From: Podarcis erhardii
Lineage: Eukaryota
Direction: 5' to 3' (one strand)
Assembly (NCBI GenBank): GCA_964252035.1
Contig: OZ176204.1
Length of the DNA: 64,000 nucleotides
Part shown: positions 37,931 to 51,073 of the stretch, piece by piece
Position numbering within the stretch: the stretch's first letter is position 1
How the letters are laid out: each line of letters starts with the position of its first letter
Program-made: the position numbers and the translations under genes
Notes under the pieces: generated by a model
What the model saw: the letters and a program-made list of their open reading frames with translations, nothing else
The model's database searches: none
Told to the model about the DNA's origin: nothing

Positions 37931-40900
37931 TTCTGAAAGTCAAGAAAAAGCCAACAGAGAGTGGGCGGGGGGGAGAGATGCTGCTTTGGGATAGAGCGGG
38001 ATAAGACATGAAACGCAACTGAAAGGGAAAGTCAACAGGGGTGAATCTTTTCAGGATGCTTGGAGATTATTGAAAACCACAAAAATATAAACTAAGATAG
38101 ATCACAGATTAGAAAAGCAACAGCAAAACTCCAAGAGGATGCCAGTGTGGTTAATGAAGACACAGTCAAGGCAACTATAAAAGGCAAGGAGGATTCCTTG
38201 TGGGTTTGCTTGTTTTGCATTTTAAGAGTCACAAAAAGTTTCAATAAAATTATTCTTTTTTAAAATAATGGACATCTTGTCCGAATGAGCAGAACAAAAA
38301 AGGAACACAAACTCTGGCAAAACAAGTAAGGCAAGTGGGGAAAGAATTTGAGGAACATATTGCTTAAAAAAAAGGTCAGTCAATAAACAGTGATTTCTGG
38401 CTAATGGCAGATGCAGTGATGGTTCACCACAAGGTGCTCAAACTTGTTTTGAGTGATTATTACAGCTCCCTTCTGATGCCCCCTAACTCACGGCCCACAA
38501 CCCAGTTTAGGTAGACTGCTCCAGAACATGGAGGTTCCACTCTTCTCAGACTGCTCTCGGCAGCACCCTCCTGAGCAAGAAGCCTGCCAGCAGGACCCAC
38601 AAGTGACTCGCCCTTCCTCCTTCAGCACACCCAGAGAGGGCAAATTTTCTACGCTCAGCCTCAGCTGCAATGCCAGGGCCAGTTCCTGCCTGCAGGCACA
38701 TGCCCCCCACCCCCAGCACCTCACCTGGAGAAAGGCCCTGTTGGTGGGAGGAAGGTGCCTTAACAAGAAGTCGGCCCAGAAGGGACAGGAGTGGTGGACA
38801 CAGGCTGAGGTGGTGAGCAGTAGGTGAGCTTGGGCAGAAGGTAGGAGCAGTTTCTTTCCTCACCCTTTTTTTTGTACTTAGTGATCATTCTTTCCCCATC
38901 CCTCACATTGGTGTCAATGGGAGGAAAAAAACTAGGCTAGCCCCAGAGCTACTGCAGTTTTACTCCCTTTGCAACGGTGTGCCAGGCAAACCAGAAGGCT
39001 TTGAATCCTGTGTGGATTCAAGGTCCGTCCCCCCCAAATCCTCTCCCAACACATCCTTTTCATTTCATACTACCATCAGAGTCAACAACAGAAGCGTGGT
39101 GGAACTTTCCAACACCACCATGGAGGCTTCTGATGGCAGACTTCCTTCTCCATTTGCAGAGATGGAGATTGACAGAATCCAACAGCCCCTTAGCTGCCTT
39201 TCACAAGTCCTTAGGACTTATCCCTTAGTGGATTTAACTGAAATAAAAGACAGGGTGGGATGGCATCTGCTTTCACCCGGCCTACATAATCTTAACCAGA
39301 CCGAAAAAACACTCAAAGAAGAAGGGTGTCACTGTGGGTGTCAGGCTATGTCTACATCCACAATTCAATGCAGCTCAATAGCAATGTGTAGAACACATCT
39401 GGCTTGCCTCTCCACTAAAAGCACTTAGGAACTGATTTGGATGTAGCATTGCTACAGTTTTCCTGCTTTCCCTTACTGTGCACTGAAAGAATGCATTAGG
39501 AATTGTGACTGTTGCCCACTATATGCTTGTGTCCTCCTGTTCCTGGTTCATTCATTTCTTCTACCTTTGTCTTTGTTCATTTGTTTTATATGGGTTGCTT
39601 TGCATGTGCTCAGTTTCTTAGCTATGGCATGGGAGATCAAAAACCCAGAGACTGATCAAGAAGTTTGAATGGCGTACAAACATTACGTACAAACAATGGC
39701 GTACAAACCACTTTCATGTCCCAAAGGACAGTCCTCTCATGATTAAATGCAAGTGAGCTGAGAGGAAACTATACATGAAGCATAAATGGAATATCTTGCA
39801 GATTGTGCTTTTCTCCAATTCAAGAACTGAGACCAGTGTCATGAGAAATGAAGGTCAGTGGCTGGCTGCTGAAACTTCAGAATAGCTGAATATGCGTCTT
39901 TTTTCTGTCAAGATGCCATCTATTGTCACAGTTCTGATAGAAGCCAGATGTGTGTTCCAGCAGTAAAACAGAAATGTACCTGACCATTCTCAAATTGTTG
40001 CCAGCACACATCCTCTCTGCTTTTCCTGTGTAGTGAAAATAAACACACAACCTGTGTGTGCTACACCATCCTATAAGCTCAGCAAACAGTCCCTATTGTA
40101 CACTCAGTGCTGGCTGCATTATTTTGGGGGGGGCCTTGATACAGTACCTTCAGTGGGGCCCCACTTACCTGGAAGCATTAGGACATGCAAACTAGAAACT
40201 CTCTTAACTTGTATCCAGTCTTAATGGATACTTCATGCAAACTGGGAGTGGCAGGATCCTCAACTGGTGAGTGGTCCTCTACTAGAATTGGGGCCGTGGC
40301 AAATGCCCAGTTTTACCATTCCCATGTACATTTGTGCAGGGTCAGTATTTCAGAAGTGATATACTGCATTAACAGTTACACCTGGTTAATTTCCCAAAGC
40401 AATTTATTTTAAGTATTTTGAGACAAATTGTATTGCCTCGGCAATTAGTTTCCTAATCAGGTAATTAATAAGCAGAGTCCTTATGTCCATGTGCAATCAC
40501 TGGGCTTGTCTGAAGCCAGAACTTCACTTGCTGTAATTTTTAATTTCTCTTCTTCCTCATTCGATACCTGGGAATTGATATACTCTAGGAAGCTTGGTTA
40601 GTGAGTGCAAAATGTGAATAGTCAAGAAACAATGTTGCCTAGAGCTTCATACAAAAGTGCACATGATGTCCAGAACTTCATAAGAGTCATGGTTCGGACA
40701 TTATTTAAAGTTTCTCTCTAAAGAATCACTAGATTAGTCTGTACTAGAACAAGCTTGCTGTAGAATTAACTGGAGTGAGGCACAGCCCAGTACTTTCAAC
40801 TTGTTTCCTGAAAACAAAGGGCAACCACAACAAACAGCAAAGCAATTCATAGCATCATTTACACAGCAAACATAGCTAAGAAAAGGGAAAGGAAGCAGTG

Positions 40901-41047
40901 TTTGGGAGAGGTGTGTGTTATGCATACTTCATTTTCCCCTCCTTGCTTCCTTTTCTCTCTGTTTGGAAAGCTTGGTGGCAGGAATAGTGGGAGTCCATTC
41001 CCCCAGCAGCTCGCTAAAGCATCTCCTCTGGCAGAAGACAGCCCAAA

Positions 41048-41087
41048 GAGGAGGAGGAGGAGGAGGAGTGAGTGAGTGAGTGAGTGA
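41048..41087. repeat. (GAG)7(TGAG)n compound microsatellite
   Basis: Direct reading. Confidence 0.9.
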
Positions 41088-42025
41088 CAGCAAGCTTAGG
41101 GCGTTTCTGATCTGGAGCCTAATAGTTTGTTTCTCCCCAGTTGTTCCCACAATTCAAAATTATTCTCAGACTGCTTTCTCCCACTAAAACAGTGCAAGTA
41201 TTGTTATGAACACTGGCCAAGTAAAGCCAGTCACCCCTTTAGCTGGGGATTTCCAGGTAAACGGCTCAAGATGACTGGTACATGTATCTTCCTGGGAACT
41301 AGTTGTTAGATGGTGAATTGACGCACATCCCTGGAATGAGAGAGCTATTTGGAGGAGGTGTTTTTGATTTCCCTCCATCCCCCACAACTGAAGGGAGGGG
41401 CTGTCAGAAGGTTTGAATGTGAAAAACCTGCCCCTTTTTTTGAGAGAGAGAGGCACAGAGTGATGGCTGAGCTGCTGGTGAAAGGATCTCAGGGTGCCTC
41501 TGTGGTGTATTGCTGGACTCCATCATCCCTGACCATCTGGCGATGCTAGCTGACATTGCTGGGAGTTGGAATTCCAGCAATGTCTGGAAGTGCCACCTTG
41601 GCTAATCCCTGCTCCAGGGAACTGGTGCTGGGGTTTTAGGGTCTAGTGCCTGCTAGAAAGGCTATGGTGCTTGCCTCCCACTTGTGTTCCACCTCCATAT
41701 TTGTGAAGACATTAAATACTATAAATTACCAAAGTCTCTAGTGATCTCTTCCCGAAAAAGGAAGCCAAATGCAAGCAGCAGAATCGCTGGAACTTCTTGC
41801 TGCTTGGGGAAGCAAATGGGAACTGTGCATCTGCAATATCAAAGCATATTAAAAGGAGTTTCTCTCCTCTCATAGCAGTAATTTCATGGAGTGGAACTTT
41901 TGAAATACATATGTGCAGATATGCCCTAAATTACAGCAAGTATTCAAAATAAAGTATATTTGATAACCATTCGGATAAAGTATGGTTTTTAACACCACCA
42001 CATGCATGTAAACACCTTTTGTATG

Positions 42026-42051
42026 TATATATATATATATATATATATATA
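42026..42051. repeat. (TA)13 microsatellite
   Basis: Direct reading. Confidence 0.95.
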
Positions 42052-42889
42052 GAAAAACAAGGACAGCATAACACTTTCCCCCCCAGCCGCTTCTACTATT
42101 CAACTCAAAGTAACCTCAGATGTTCACTTGAAATCTGGCAAAGTCACAGGATTATAGCATAATCACTGGTAGCCCCCTTTTTAGTAAACGTTAACATTGC
42201 TTCAACATTCTTCCCAGGGTATTCTGTATCAGTTAATCCAGCCCTGAGATGGACTGATTTTAGAAAAGCAAACAAATACCATCTTTCAGACTATATAAAG
42301 GCCATGCTGTATATAGATATTTAAGAAGAGCCTTGGCATCTTCATCTCACAGCAATACTCAGTGGACCAAATGTGGGGGGATGATATCTACATCCTGGCA
42401 CATTTGCAGCAGCGTCTAGAAACAATATATATTGCTCTATTTCAGTTGTCCTGTGTTTGTAGATTATTTACCCATTCAGAGCAAAATAGAATACTAAAAT
42501 AACTGCATCTCCACAGTGGTGAGATTAACATTTGGCATTATCAAGGTATTATTATTTATTTTAATGAGGCAGTGTTTTGAATTTGGGCAGTTCCCTTTTT
42601 AGACATTTGCAAGTCAAATTGTATTAGGAAAATGTGCCTCGGAGGTGGACAAATATGCAGACAATTGGGTTCTGAGCTACAAATGCTGAAATAAATGGAA
42701 TGGGGATCAGTTTAAACCCAGAAAGGTTAGGATATTATGATGTAGCAAACATACAAGATGGAAAAATTACAAGACACAGAGCAGCTGGGAATAAAACACA
42801 ACAGATTCAATGTGGCCTGGGGGGTAAGGGTAGAGTGTGTGGTATAGAGAGAGATTTGACCCTGAGAGCCAAACAGAAAAACTTGGAGT

Positions 42890-43087
42890 AGATTCACACC
42901 ATAAAGCATCTCCAGTGCACATTTAAAGCACATTACTTCGCCCATAGAATCCCGGGGAATGTGGTATCCCCCTCACAGAGCTACAATTCCCAGCACCCTT
43001 AACAAACTACAGTTCCCAGAATCCTTTGGGGGAAGTCATGTGTTTTAAATGAGTGTTGACTGCACTTTCAATGTATGGTGTGAATCT
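42890..43087. mobile_element. Palindromic MITE-like element
   Basis: Perfect 14-bp inverted ends agattcacaccata / tatggtgtgaatct. The interior cccagcacccttaacaaac recurs at ~63835. Confidence 0.7.
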
Positions 43088-43689
43088 GCCCTTGGTGGAC
43101 TGAATTTGGCCTTGGGTCCCCACCCCCCGTACACTGATTTTCTGCTGTTAATTGTAAGTTTCCAAACTATAAATGAGGTGCTTGATATAACTGGTAACGT
43201 AGCTGAATAACAAAATCTGCTGTTTGTAACCAATACTTTGTTGGTGGATATCATGTTTACAGAGTGAGGTTAACGCTCAAGTGGGAAGGATATGCATGCC
43301 CAATTGCACTGCCGTCAGAATCTTAATTCATTGTGAACCATGACCGGCAAGAAAATTCCTGGAAGATATGTGCAAGTTATTCACATCCATGCATGCATAT
43401 TGCTGCAGCTTTTTCCTGCGTAAACTAATAAGGGGGTAGGAAGGGGAATGAATTCTTGTCTATTTCAGACAACAAAACGTCAACAGTCCAACTGTAGCAT
43501 TTAAAATGTTGCTCAAGCTTCATAAATCAACCCAGAGGGCCAATTCACGTAGCTATAAAGATCATGGCAAAACGTAGCTTTTGGCAGCTCCCCACCCAGG
43601 CAGAGTTTGCTGTATACATTTCAATCATCACTATGTGGAGTCTTGTGATGTCTCTGCAAAAAAACTAAAATGCTGGTTTGTTGTAGAAT

Positions 43690-44250
43690 GTGGTATTCCA
43701 CACTTGGAATACTGTGCAAAGCCCTGATCCCCACATCTCAAATATAAGACTGTAGAGCTGGGAAAGGTGCAGAAAGGGGAAGCCAAAATGATGAGGGGAC
43801 TGGAACAACTCCCTTATGAGGAACAATTACAATGTTTGGGGCTTTTTTAGTTTAGAGAAAAGGCGAGTAAGGAGGGATGTGACAGAGAGGTATGAAATTA
43901 TGCTTGGTGAGAAGAATGTGGATATGTATAGAGAAGCTGGTCTCCCTTTCTTATAATACCAGAAACTGGGGTTTATCCAATGAAACTGGAAGACTCAGGA
44001 CAGTAAACAAGAAGGACTACTTCACACAGCATGCCAGTATAAGATGTAGTGATGGCCATATGGGCTTAAAATGTGATTAGACAAATTCATGAAGCATAAG
44101 GCTGCTAGTCATCATAGCTGGGTCCTAACTCCAGCATCAAAGACACTGTGCCTCTGAATATCAGCTGCTGAGGGACAAAAGAAAGAGTCATGGCTATCCA
44201 ACTGTTGGAAACAAGATGGCAGACTAGATGGGACTGGTTCAGCATGTTCT
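43690..44250 (+). mobile_element. CR1 LINE 3' fragment (RT C-terminus + 3'UTR)
   Basis: cttggaatactgtgc...aaggtgcagaaaggggaagccaaaatgatgaggggactggaacaactcccttatgaggaa...ttagacaaattcatg: CR1-type sequence. Confidence 0.75.
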
Positions 44251-46428
44251 TTGGTTTTCCATGTAATAGATTTATTTGAAATAAACCTTAACCATATGAT
44301 TCTGTGGAAGCTTGCATACAGGGGCTTTATGTTGCAAATGTGTCATTCAGACCAAGTTTCTCTCTGTGCATGATTGACATGTGATCAACTACACATTCCA
44401 CTTTTAGTCTTAGACACCCACCCCCATGCACATCAGCAAGAGATCTATAATGTTTTCTGGCCTCTCTACTGAATAACTGTTCCCCTCGCCCTCCACTGTC
44501 GCCCCCTCACCCTTTCCCCATTCTGGGCATGCACGAAGGTATTCTTGTACCTATGTGCACATACTTAAAACAAAACAAAAAAACCACACAAGAACGCAAG
44601 ACTGCCGTAATTGTGTTTCACAATGGCCAAAACGGAAGCATGTGCTTGGGGTTGGAGAGATAACCCATTTCCATTTGGGTTTCTTCAATTCAGAGGTCTT
44701 GGGCAAGACTGACATTTTGCTATAGTGAAATTCTGATGAGCAGGTCTTGCACAAGACCTTTATATGGTGATGATTTTAACATGTCCCAAGGTAAGTGAGA
44801 GAATACTTCCTCCAAACTGAGTTGTTGGAATTCTGACATGCCTTCTGCCTACGGTAATTGATGGAAATAGGAGCACTTGTATCCTTTTGGCTAGTAGAAA
44901 CAAAATGACTATGCTGTGCTCAGGTGAGAAGCAAGCTGAAGTGGGGTAGGGCAACAGGGGCTACCTACAAAAACATCACCGCATGCATGACAACTCTCTG
45001 CCCCCTTGAATTTCCACATTAGCAGTAACTGTAGATATTTAATGGGTTGTTTTTACTTAATGGATTTTCCACTGTAAGAGGAGCTATGGATTTAAGTTTT
45101 TTAAAAATTAAAAAAGTATTAGTTGGCATTTTGATAATGACATCATGTGAGTAGTGCCCAAATCTTGAGTGGCACCAGCTCCACAATAAACTTCTGCCTG
45201 GAAGTACCCTAAACAAAACAGCAATGTTGAGTGTGTGTTTTAATACATAATTTTAAAATATGCAGTTTACAATAATTCTATTTGCTTTTATTTAAGGAAT
45301 TTATATCCCACTTTTCATCAAAAGAAGGTTTTTTTTTTTTAAAAAAAGAGGTAATTGTGATACATTTATCACAAAGGTTTGTTGTCTTGTTGCTTGTTTT
45401 CATGTTATGAAGAGTCATACAAGCAGAAATCTCTGCGGCAAATAGTTACCTGATTTTTTTTCTTGGTAAAAAAAAAAAGACATCCACAATAAGCACACAT
45501 AAAATGGAGTGCCCTATGCAATGAGAGAAACATCTAATACTTAAAATTTGATTCTTATTTTTTTAAAAAACGCAGAGAGAAATGATACAGTCTTGCGATC
45601 AGAAACACAGAACTGGGAAACAAGACCCTTGGGGTCTGTTCCCGGCTCTGCTGAAGACTGGCTGCATTTCCCTTGTATGTTATTTTCAATATCATTGCAC
45701 TGCACTCCATTTATAAAGTGTATGTTTGCTATGAACAGCTGTTATACTAGACAATAACTTTTAACCCGCTACCATAAATGGTATAATTGCAGGACCGTGT
45801 GCCTCCCTCCAAGACCAAATGTTAGCTTATAGGGTGGGAAACAAGTCATCTGCTTTCCACTCTACTAATGGCTATTGCTCCTGCCTGATCTCATCTTAAG
45901 GTAAATAGTCTTCTCTACCATCCCAAGAAGGATTATTCATAAAACAATTATTGGGCAACTTCATTTTGTTCCTCCAGCTGGCTACCATGTTTGGCCTCAT
46001 CCACACAGCTACAACACGAAGGTGGTCACTTACGCATCACCCAAAAAAAGGGGCAGCCAACCACCAGAAAAGGCATCAATTTGCATATTATTTAATGTGC
46101 TGATTTATGCACACATTCAGAAATGAAGACCATAGTTTAATTAGAAAAAATTATATATCTCAGAACAGCAGGGAAGCCTGCTGTCAAGGTGCTAAGCTTG
46201 ATTTGATGAATTAACCTTCCTATGGTTCCTTATTTTTAACCTAAACCTGGACTTCAAATAGAGGCCACTTTCAAAGAGAGGACCGTTTTCTGAAAGCCTT
46301 TGAAATAGGATTGTTCCCTGCAAATTAGGACATGTGTCTACTCTAACAAGACGCCCAATGTTATTCCATCATTGGGAATTTATACTGAAAACATAGTCAC
46401 AGCCACTCCTCCTACTCCTGAAGAACTA

Positions 46429-46652
46429 CAGTGGTACTTCTGGTTGTGAACGGGATCCGTTCCGGAGCCCCATTCGCAACCTGAAAGGAATGCAATTCGT
46501 CGCTTCTGCGCATGCGCGTGACATCATTTTGCGTGTCTGCGCATGCGTGAGTGGCGAAACTCGGAAGTAACCCTTTCCGGTACTTCCAGGTCGCTGCGGG
46601 ACGCAACCTGAAAAAACGTATCATGAAGCAAACATAACAAGAGGTATGACTG
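46429..46652. mobile_element. Tc1/mariner-type MITE, family B (CpG-rich)
   Basis: TA|cagtggtacttctggttg...caagaggtatgactg|TA; interior differs from family A. Confidence 0.85.
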
Positions 46653-47809
46653 TATTATTAGGATAATAGATCACCTTCAGTAAACTTCAGAAGATAAAGT
46701 TTACTATTACTCCTAATGTTGGAAGTGCAAATATCTAGGTACCTTTTAAAAAAACTATCATAATAGATATGCTCTACAGCAATTACTTACTGAACCAAAA
46801 TCAGTTATACGATAGGATTAAGTGGGGTGGGGGGAACAGATCCTTGATTATTTCTTCTTACTTACACCAAGTATATTCCAACGAAACATAGGGGAAAATA
46901 AAACAAATAGTAGAGGATATACAAAATCGCCTATATTGTCAAAGTTTTTAAAAATGGGAACAAAAGTTGTTTGACTATAGCTCAAAATAACTTGCTTTAA
47001 GAGCATTAGAAGAGAGGCAGAAAGCACACTCATTTGTACTTAAATGATTTACGTTTATCAGTGATTGGTAAGACGGCTGCTGTAACATACACACTAATGT
47101 ACTTAGGGCTCATTTCAGTATATTCAAATTGTATGCTCATGTAGGGATGTTGTGTTTCAAATCCATGTCACATTCAGGTTATTTAGGTAATTTAAACTGA
47201 ACATTTAAAAAACAGTGGTTGATAATCAGCACTGAGGAAATGGGCTTCCCATTCTTCTCTTCCCCTTTACAGTCTCTGCCCCCCTCCCCAGTCTGCTCCA
47301 GCGAGGCCTACAACCCTCCCAAGTAGATTTCAGGTGTGTAGGGACTTCAAGGGGAGGAGTAATCCATTCAACAAATGGTAGATGTTCCCCTAGTGGATTA
47401 CCATATATACCATGTAATATTCCTTCACTTTCCATATGCAAAGCATCACCACTGTTTATACCAAGTTTAGTCTGCGATAGTCTAAACAGTTTCTGCCTGT
47501 TGTGCCCCTATTCTGTATATGATGACAAGATCCGAGACTTAGGCAGCAATCCTAAACATACTTACTAAGGGAATACTCCCTACTGAATATAGTTGAACTT
47601 TTTTTGAATATCCATACAAAGGATCATGCTGTTCAAAAGAATCCTTTCAAAAGAAAGGAGTCACCTTTCATTATCATGGTGTTCCTTTCCTCATGCATTT
47701 TGGTTTTTTGAAATCCACCTCCTGTCTTTCTGATCTATTCTAGCCACATTCCAAAAATAATTAAAATCAATGGAAAACTGGAAACAAGAGTAAAAACGCA
47801 TGCCAATAT

Positions 47810-48250
47810 TCTACATATCCAGGGAAATTGTTTGAACAAAAAAGTTTTTAGCAGGCGCCAAAAAGAGTACAGTGCCTGATTTCAATAAGCAGGGAGTTCC
47901 AAAGATTGATTTGTTACAAGTGCTGAATGAGTATTATGTCATACCTGTAACAATGCCAGTTCCGCAGATTTAAACAGTCAAGTGGGCATATATGGAGTAA
48001 GGCAATCTTGCAGGTAAAAATCTAGCTGGTCCCAAGTTGTTAAGGGCTTTATATACTAACATCAGCAGCTTGAATCTGGCTCGGTATTAAATTGGCAAAC
48101 AGTACAGATTTCTGACCACAGGTGTTATATGTTGACAGGGACTCACACCTGTTAGCAATTGTGTTGCAGCATTCTAAACTAACTGCAGTTTCTGAGTCAA
48201 ACAAAAGGGGAGCCCCAGAGCACCCTGAAAAAAATAATATCCGCTATATT
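47810..48250 (-). mobile_element. L2-type LINE 3' fragment
   Basis: aaagtttttagcaggcgccaaaaag...ggtcccaagttgttaagggcttttatatactaacatcagcagcttgaat...attggcaaacagtacag resembles reverse-strand squamate L2 sequence. Confidence 0.55.
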
Positions 48251-50675
48251 CCTGTTCTTGATTATGCAACACTGCAAAGAAATGTAACACAAACTGTTTG
48301 GGGGATATTTTACTACCATTGCCAGAATGTAGGTTTATCTCATAGTAGCAAAATGCCTTGTTTAGTGGTGTCAGAAGAAAAGAGCCCCTTAATCCACTTT
48401 CTTCAATCAAGTTCTCTTTTTGAAAACCCAAGGGACTTTCCACTGACTGGCTGAGACAAAAAAAGCACCCCACTGACAAAGAGCAAAGATTTCTTGGGTT
48501 TCTTAAAAATGTCCCATGCTCTTTTGGGGGGGGGGGCGTGTTTTCAGAATGAAAATATTGTACAGGTTTTGTACATTTGTTTCCCTGGATCAGTCTTTAT
48601 CTGAAAAGTTTTACCCCAACATTTCCATTGACTGGGACAAAAAAGCACCCGGTGGCAAAAAATCAGTAAGATTTCTTTGTATTTTTGTTTATATTTGAGG
48701 TGATTTTTTGCTTCTAGTAAATGGTAGATGGCTGAAATTTGAGACACTGTTTACTTCTTTGTAGGTGACAATGCTCTAGAAGAACTTATTTTATAGCTCT
48801 ACTTCCGTGTAAATTCTGCAAGGAAGAGTGCACCGGGGCTAGGATTCTGTGCCAGAACATTGGTTAAGGAGACAAGATAAGTTGGAAAAGGCAAACCAGG
48901 ACAACCTCTAACCCAGTGGATTAGTCTGTGTAATCCAGAATGTACTGTAAATCAAGCAGAAAGCAGATGCATCACAGGAAGATTCCTACAGCACAGATAG
49001 CTTCATATGAATTGAGTGAGTACACAGGCCCAAATACATGGAAAAGCAAGCCTCCATGTCCCCAAAATCCAGACTTATGAAGCAATGAAATCTAGTGGAA
49101 ATCTCTTCCTGATCCAAGATATGAAAATCAGCCAGGACTCTTTGCAAGTAAATTTTATCGATTGAGTCTTCCATGGAAAACAATTGTAGCTGGGCACCAT
49201 TCCGTGCCATGCAACCAACCTCCTATTTCAAACTGTAGCAGTCTCTTATGCCCCAAAGAAAGATGCCCCCTTCAGAAACATATCCAACTCCAACTTGAAC
49301 TCAGTGAGGTTCTTCATTCTCTTGCTTCTGTAAGACTCTTAAAAGTTCTTGTTTTTTTATTTCTAGCATGGTTTTCATAAGTGGTCAGTTTGTAGCTATT
49401 ATTTATTGTACATGTAGATTTCTTTATCGTTATTTCCCCTTATGGTGGTAGATTTAGTATGTCTCTGTACCTCCTATTTCCTAAGCTAAGTTTTTCCCCT
49501 CCCCAGAATGAATAAAGCCAAGAGAATGAAAGCAGTGCAGTTGTTGGGTGACTACGCTACACAGAAGTAGCCATTGACTGCCGCATCCAAGTAGAATCAT
49601 ATACATTTACACAGACCCATGGGAGTATTTATTCAGTCAAGATTTCCCCACCCCGCAAAGTTCACCAACAGATTAATAGTTTTAAACAGCAGAAGAAAAT
49701 CCAACCCTTCTTGCTGGATTTCTCATTTTTGTTATGACAATACGTAAACGTTATTTTGCAAACAATACGTGACATGTGATACACTGGGGGGAAAGGGCAG
49801 AAACTTGGTTGGACAATGAAAAGCAAACGATTAAAACTGTCGTCAGAATCCACTGCAAGTGATAAATAAATAAGTTAGTAGGCTGGTTTACTGTTTGAAG
49901 ACTGTAATGAAGTATGGAAACACAACAAATGAGAACAATCCTACCAACATCTCATATTGGAAAACAAAATTATATCTCATATGCACTGTCACAACTTCTG
50001 TACAAAGCACTGTACAAAGGTGCAGTTTCAATATAAACCTACTCTGCTATTTTCCTGTTTTGAAACTGAGTTATGGGCCCCCATGAGCAAATATTTTAGA
50101 TAAAAAGCACTTTATCACTCAACATTAAAAAGTTTGAAGAGAAATAATAACCCAAAAGAATAAAGAGGTTTTGTATGAACCCTATTATGCACCATCTAGT
50201 CACAGTTAAGCCCTGTCTGTCCCCATCAACTTTGATGAAAATAAGTTAGGCGTTTGCTTAACTCTTTCACTGAAATCAATGAGTCTGAAATTATTGTAGC
50301 ATCATGCCCATGACAGCACCCATATAGGTTCCCTTCGCTGAATCATATAAAAGCATGCAGATGCTATATGTTTTTGTCCCACATCCTAAAGTTTTTCATT
50401 CTCTGCATTAACCTGCTTGGAACGCTGCAATACTGCACCCTCGTCTCCTATGCATTCCAGTCCATTATCCTACAAAGACATGCAGCATACTGTACTAAAT
50501 GGATTTACAGTGAAGCAGCCTTTTCAAGCCTCCAGCTGTGCTGTAAACTAAATACAGTTTTACACGCAGAGCGCAAAATCCCACTATCGGAGGAATCTTA
50601 AAAAGATGAACCCCTGATCCATTTTCTCAAATGAATGTTTCCTCTGAAAGCCCTTCATGTCAACGCCACAAACTG

Positions 50676-50680
<5 letters not shown>

Positions 50681-50724
<44 letters not shown>
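50681..50724. repeat. (TC)22 microsatellite, (GA)22 in the pre-mRNA
   Basis: Direct reading. Confidence 0.95.
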
Positions 50725-50730
<6 letters not shown>

Positions 50731-51073
50731 TACAGGGTATCAGAGCAGGAAGCAGTGCTCTGCAGACAAATATTTGTCCGAAGCAATAAAACAAAAGCCA
50801 CATATGGAATTAGATCAGATAAAACACACACACAGAGAGCCGTCTAAGGATTCTGCATTTAAAAAGAACATCTCTGGCAAGAAGATTTCTCTTTAAAGGA
50901 AAAGGCACCAAGTGAGAATCAGTTAGGAGAGACCACAGCTTTTTTGCTGTAGCTCGCTTACCTTTCTGAGCCATATTGTCCCCTGCTGCGGAAGGGTTAG
51001 GCAAAGGGCATGAAATCTACCCAACATTAAGAATTTGCTGTCTAAACATCAGTGCTGCTGGCCAGCTCCTTAC

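Noticed and set aside
37930-38400. Possible L1 5' segment forming a twin-primed inversion with 37535-37930
   Set aside because: The family identity of both parts is uncertain and no convincing TSD was found.
40929-41150. Promoter-like microsatellite region with a minus-strand ATG and GAA|gtatgc donor
   Set aside because: The donor phase (2) does not fit exon 2, and there is no other support.
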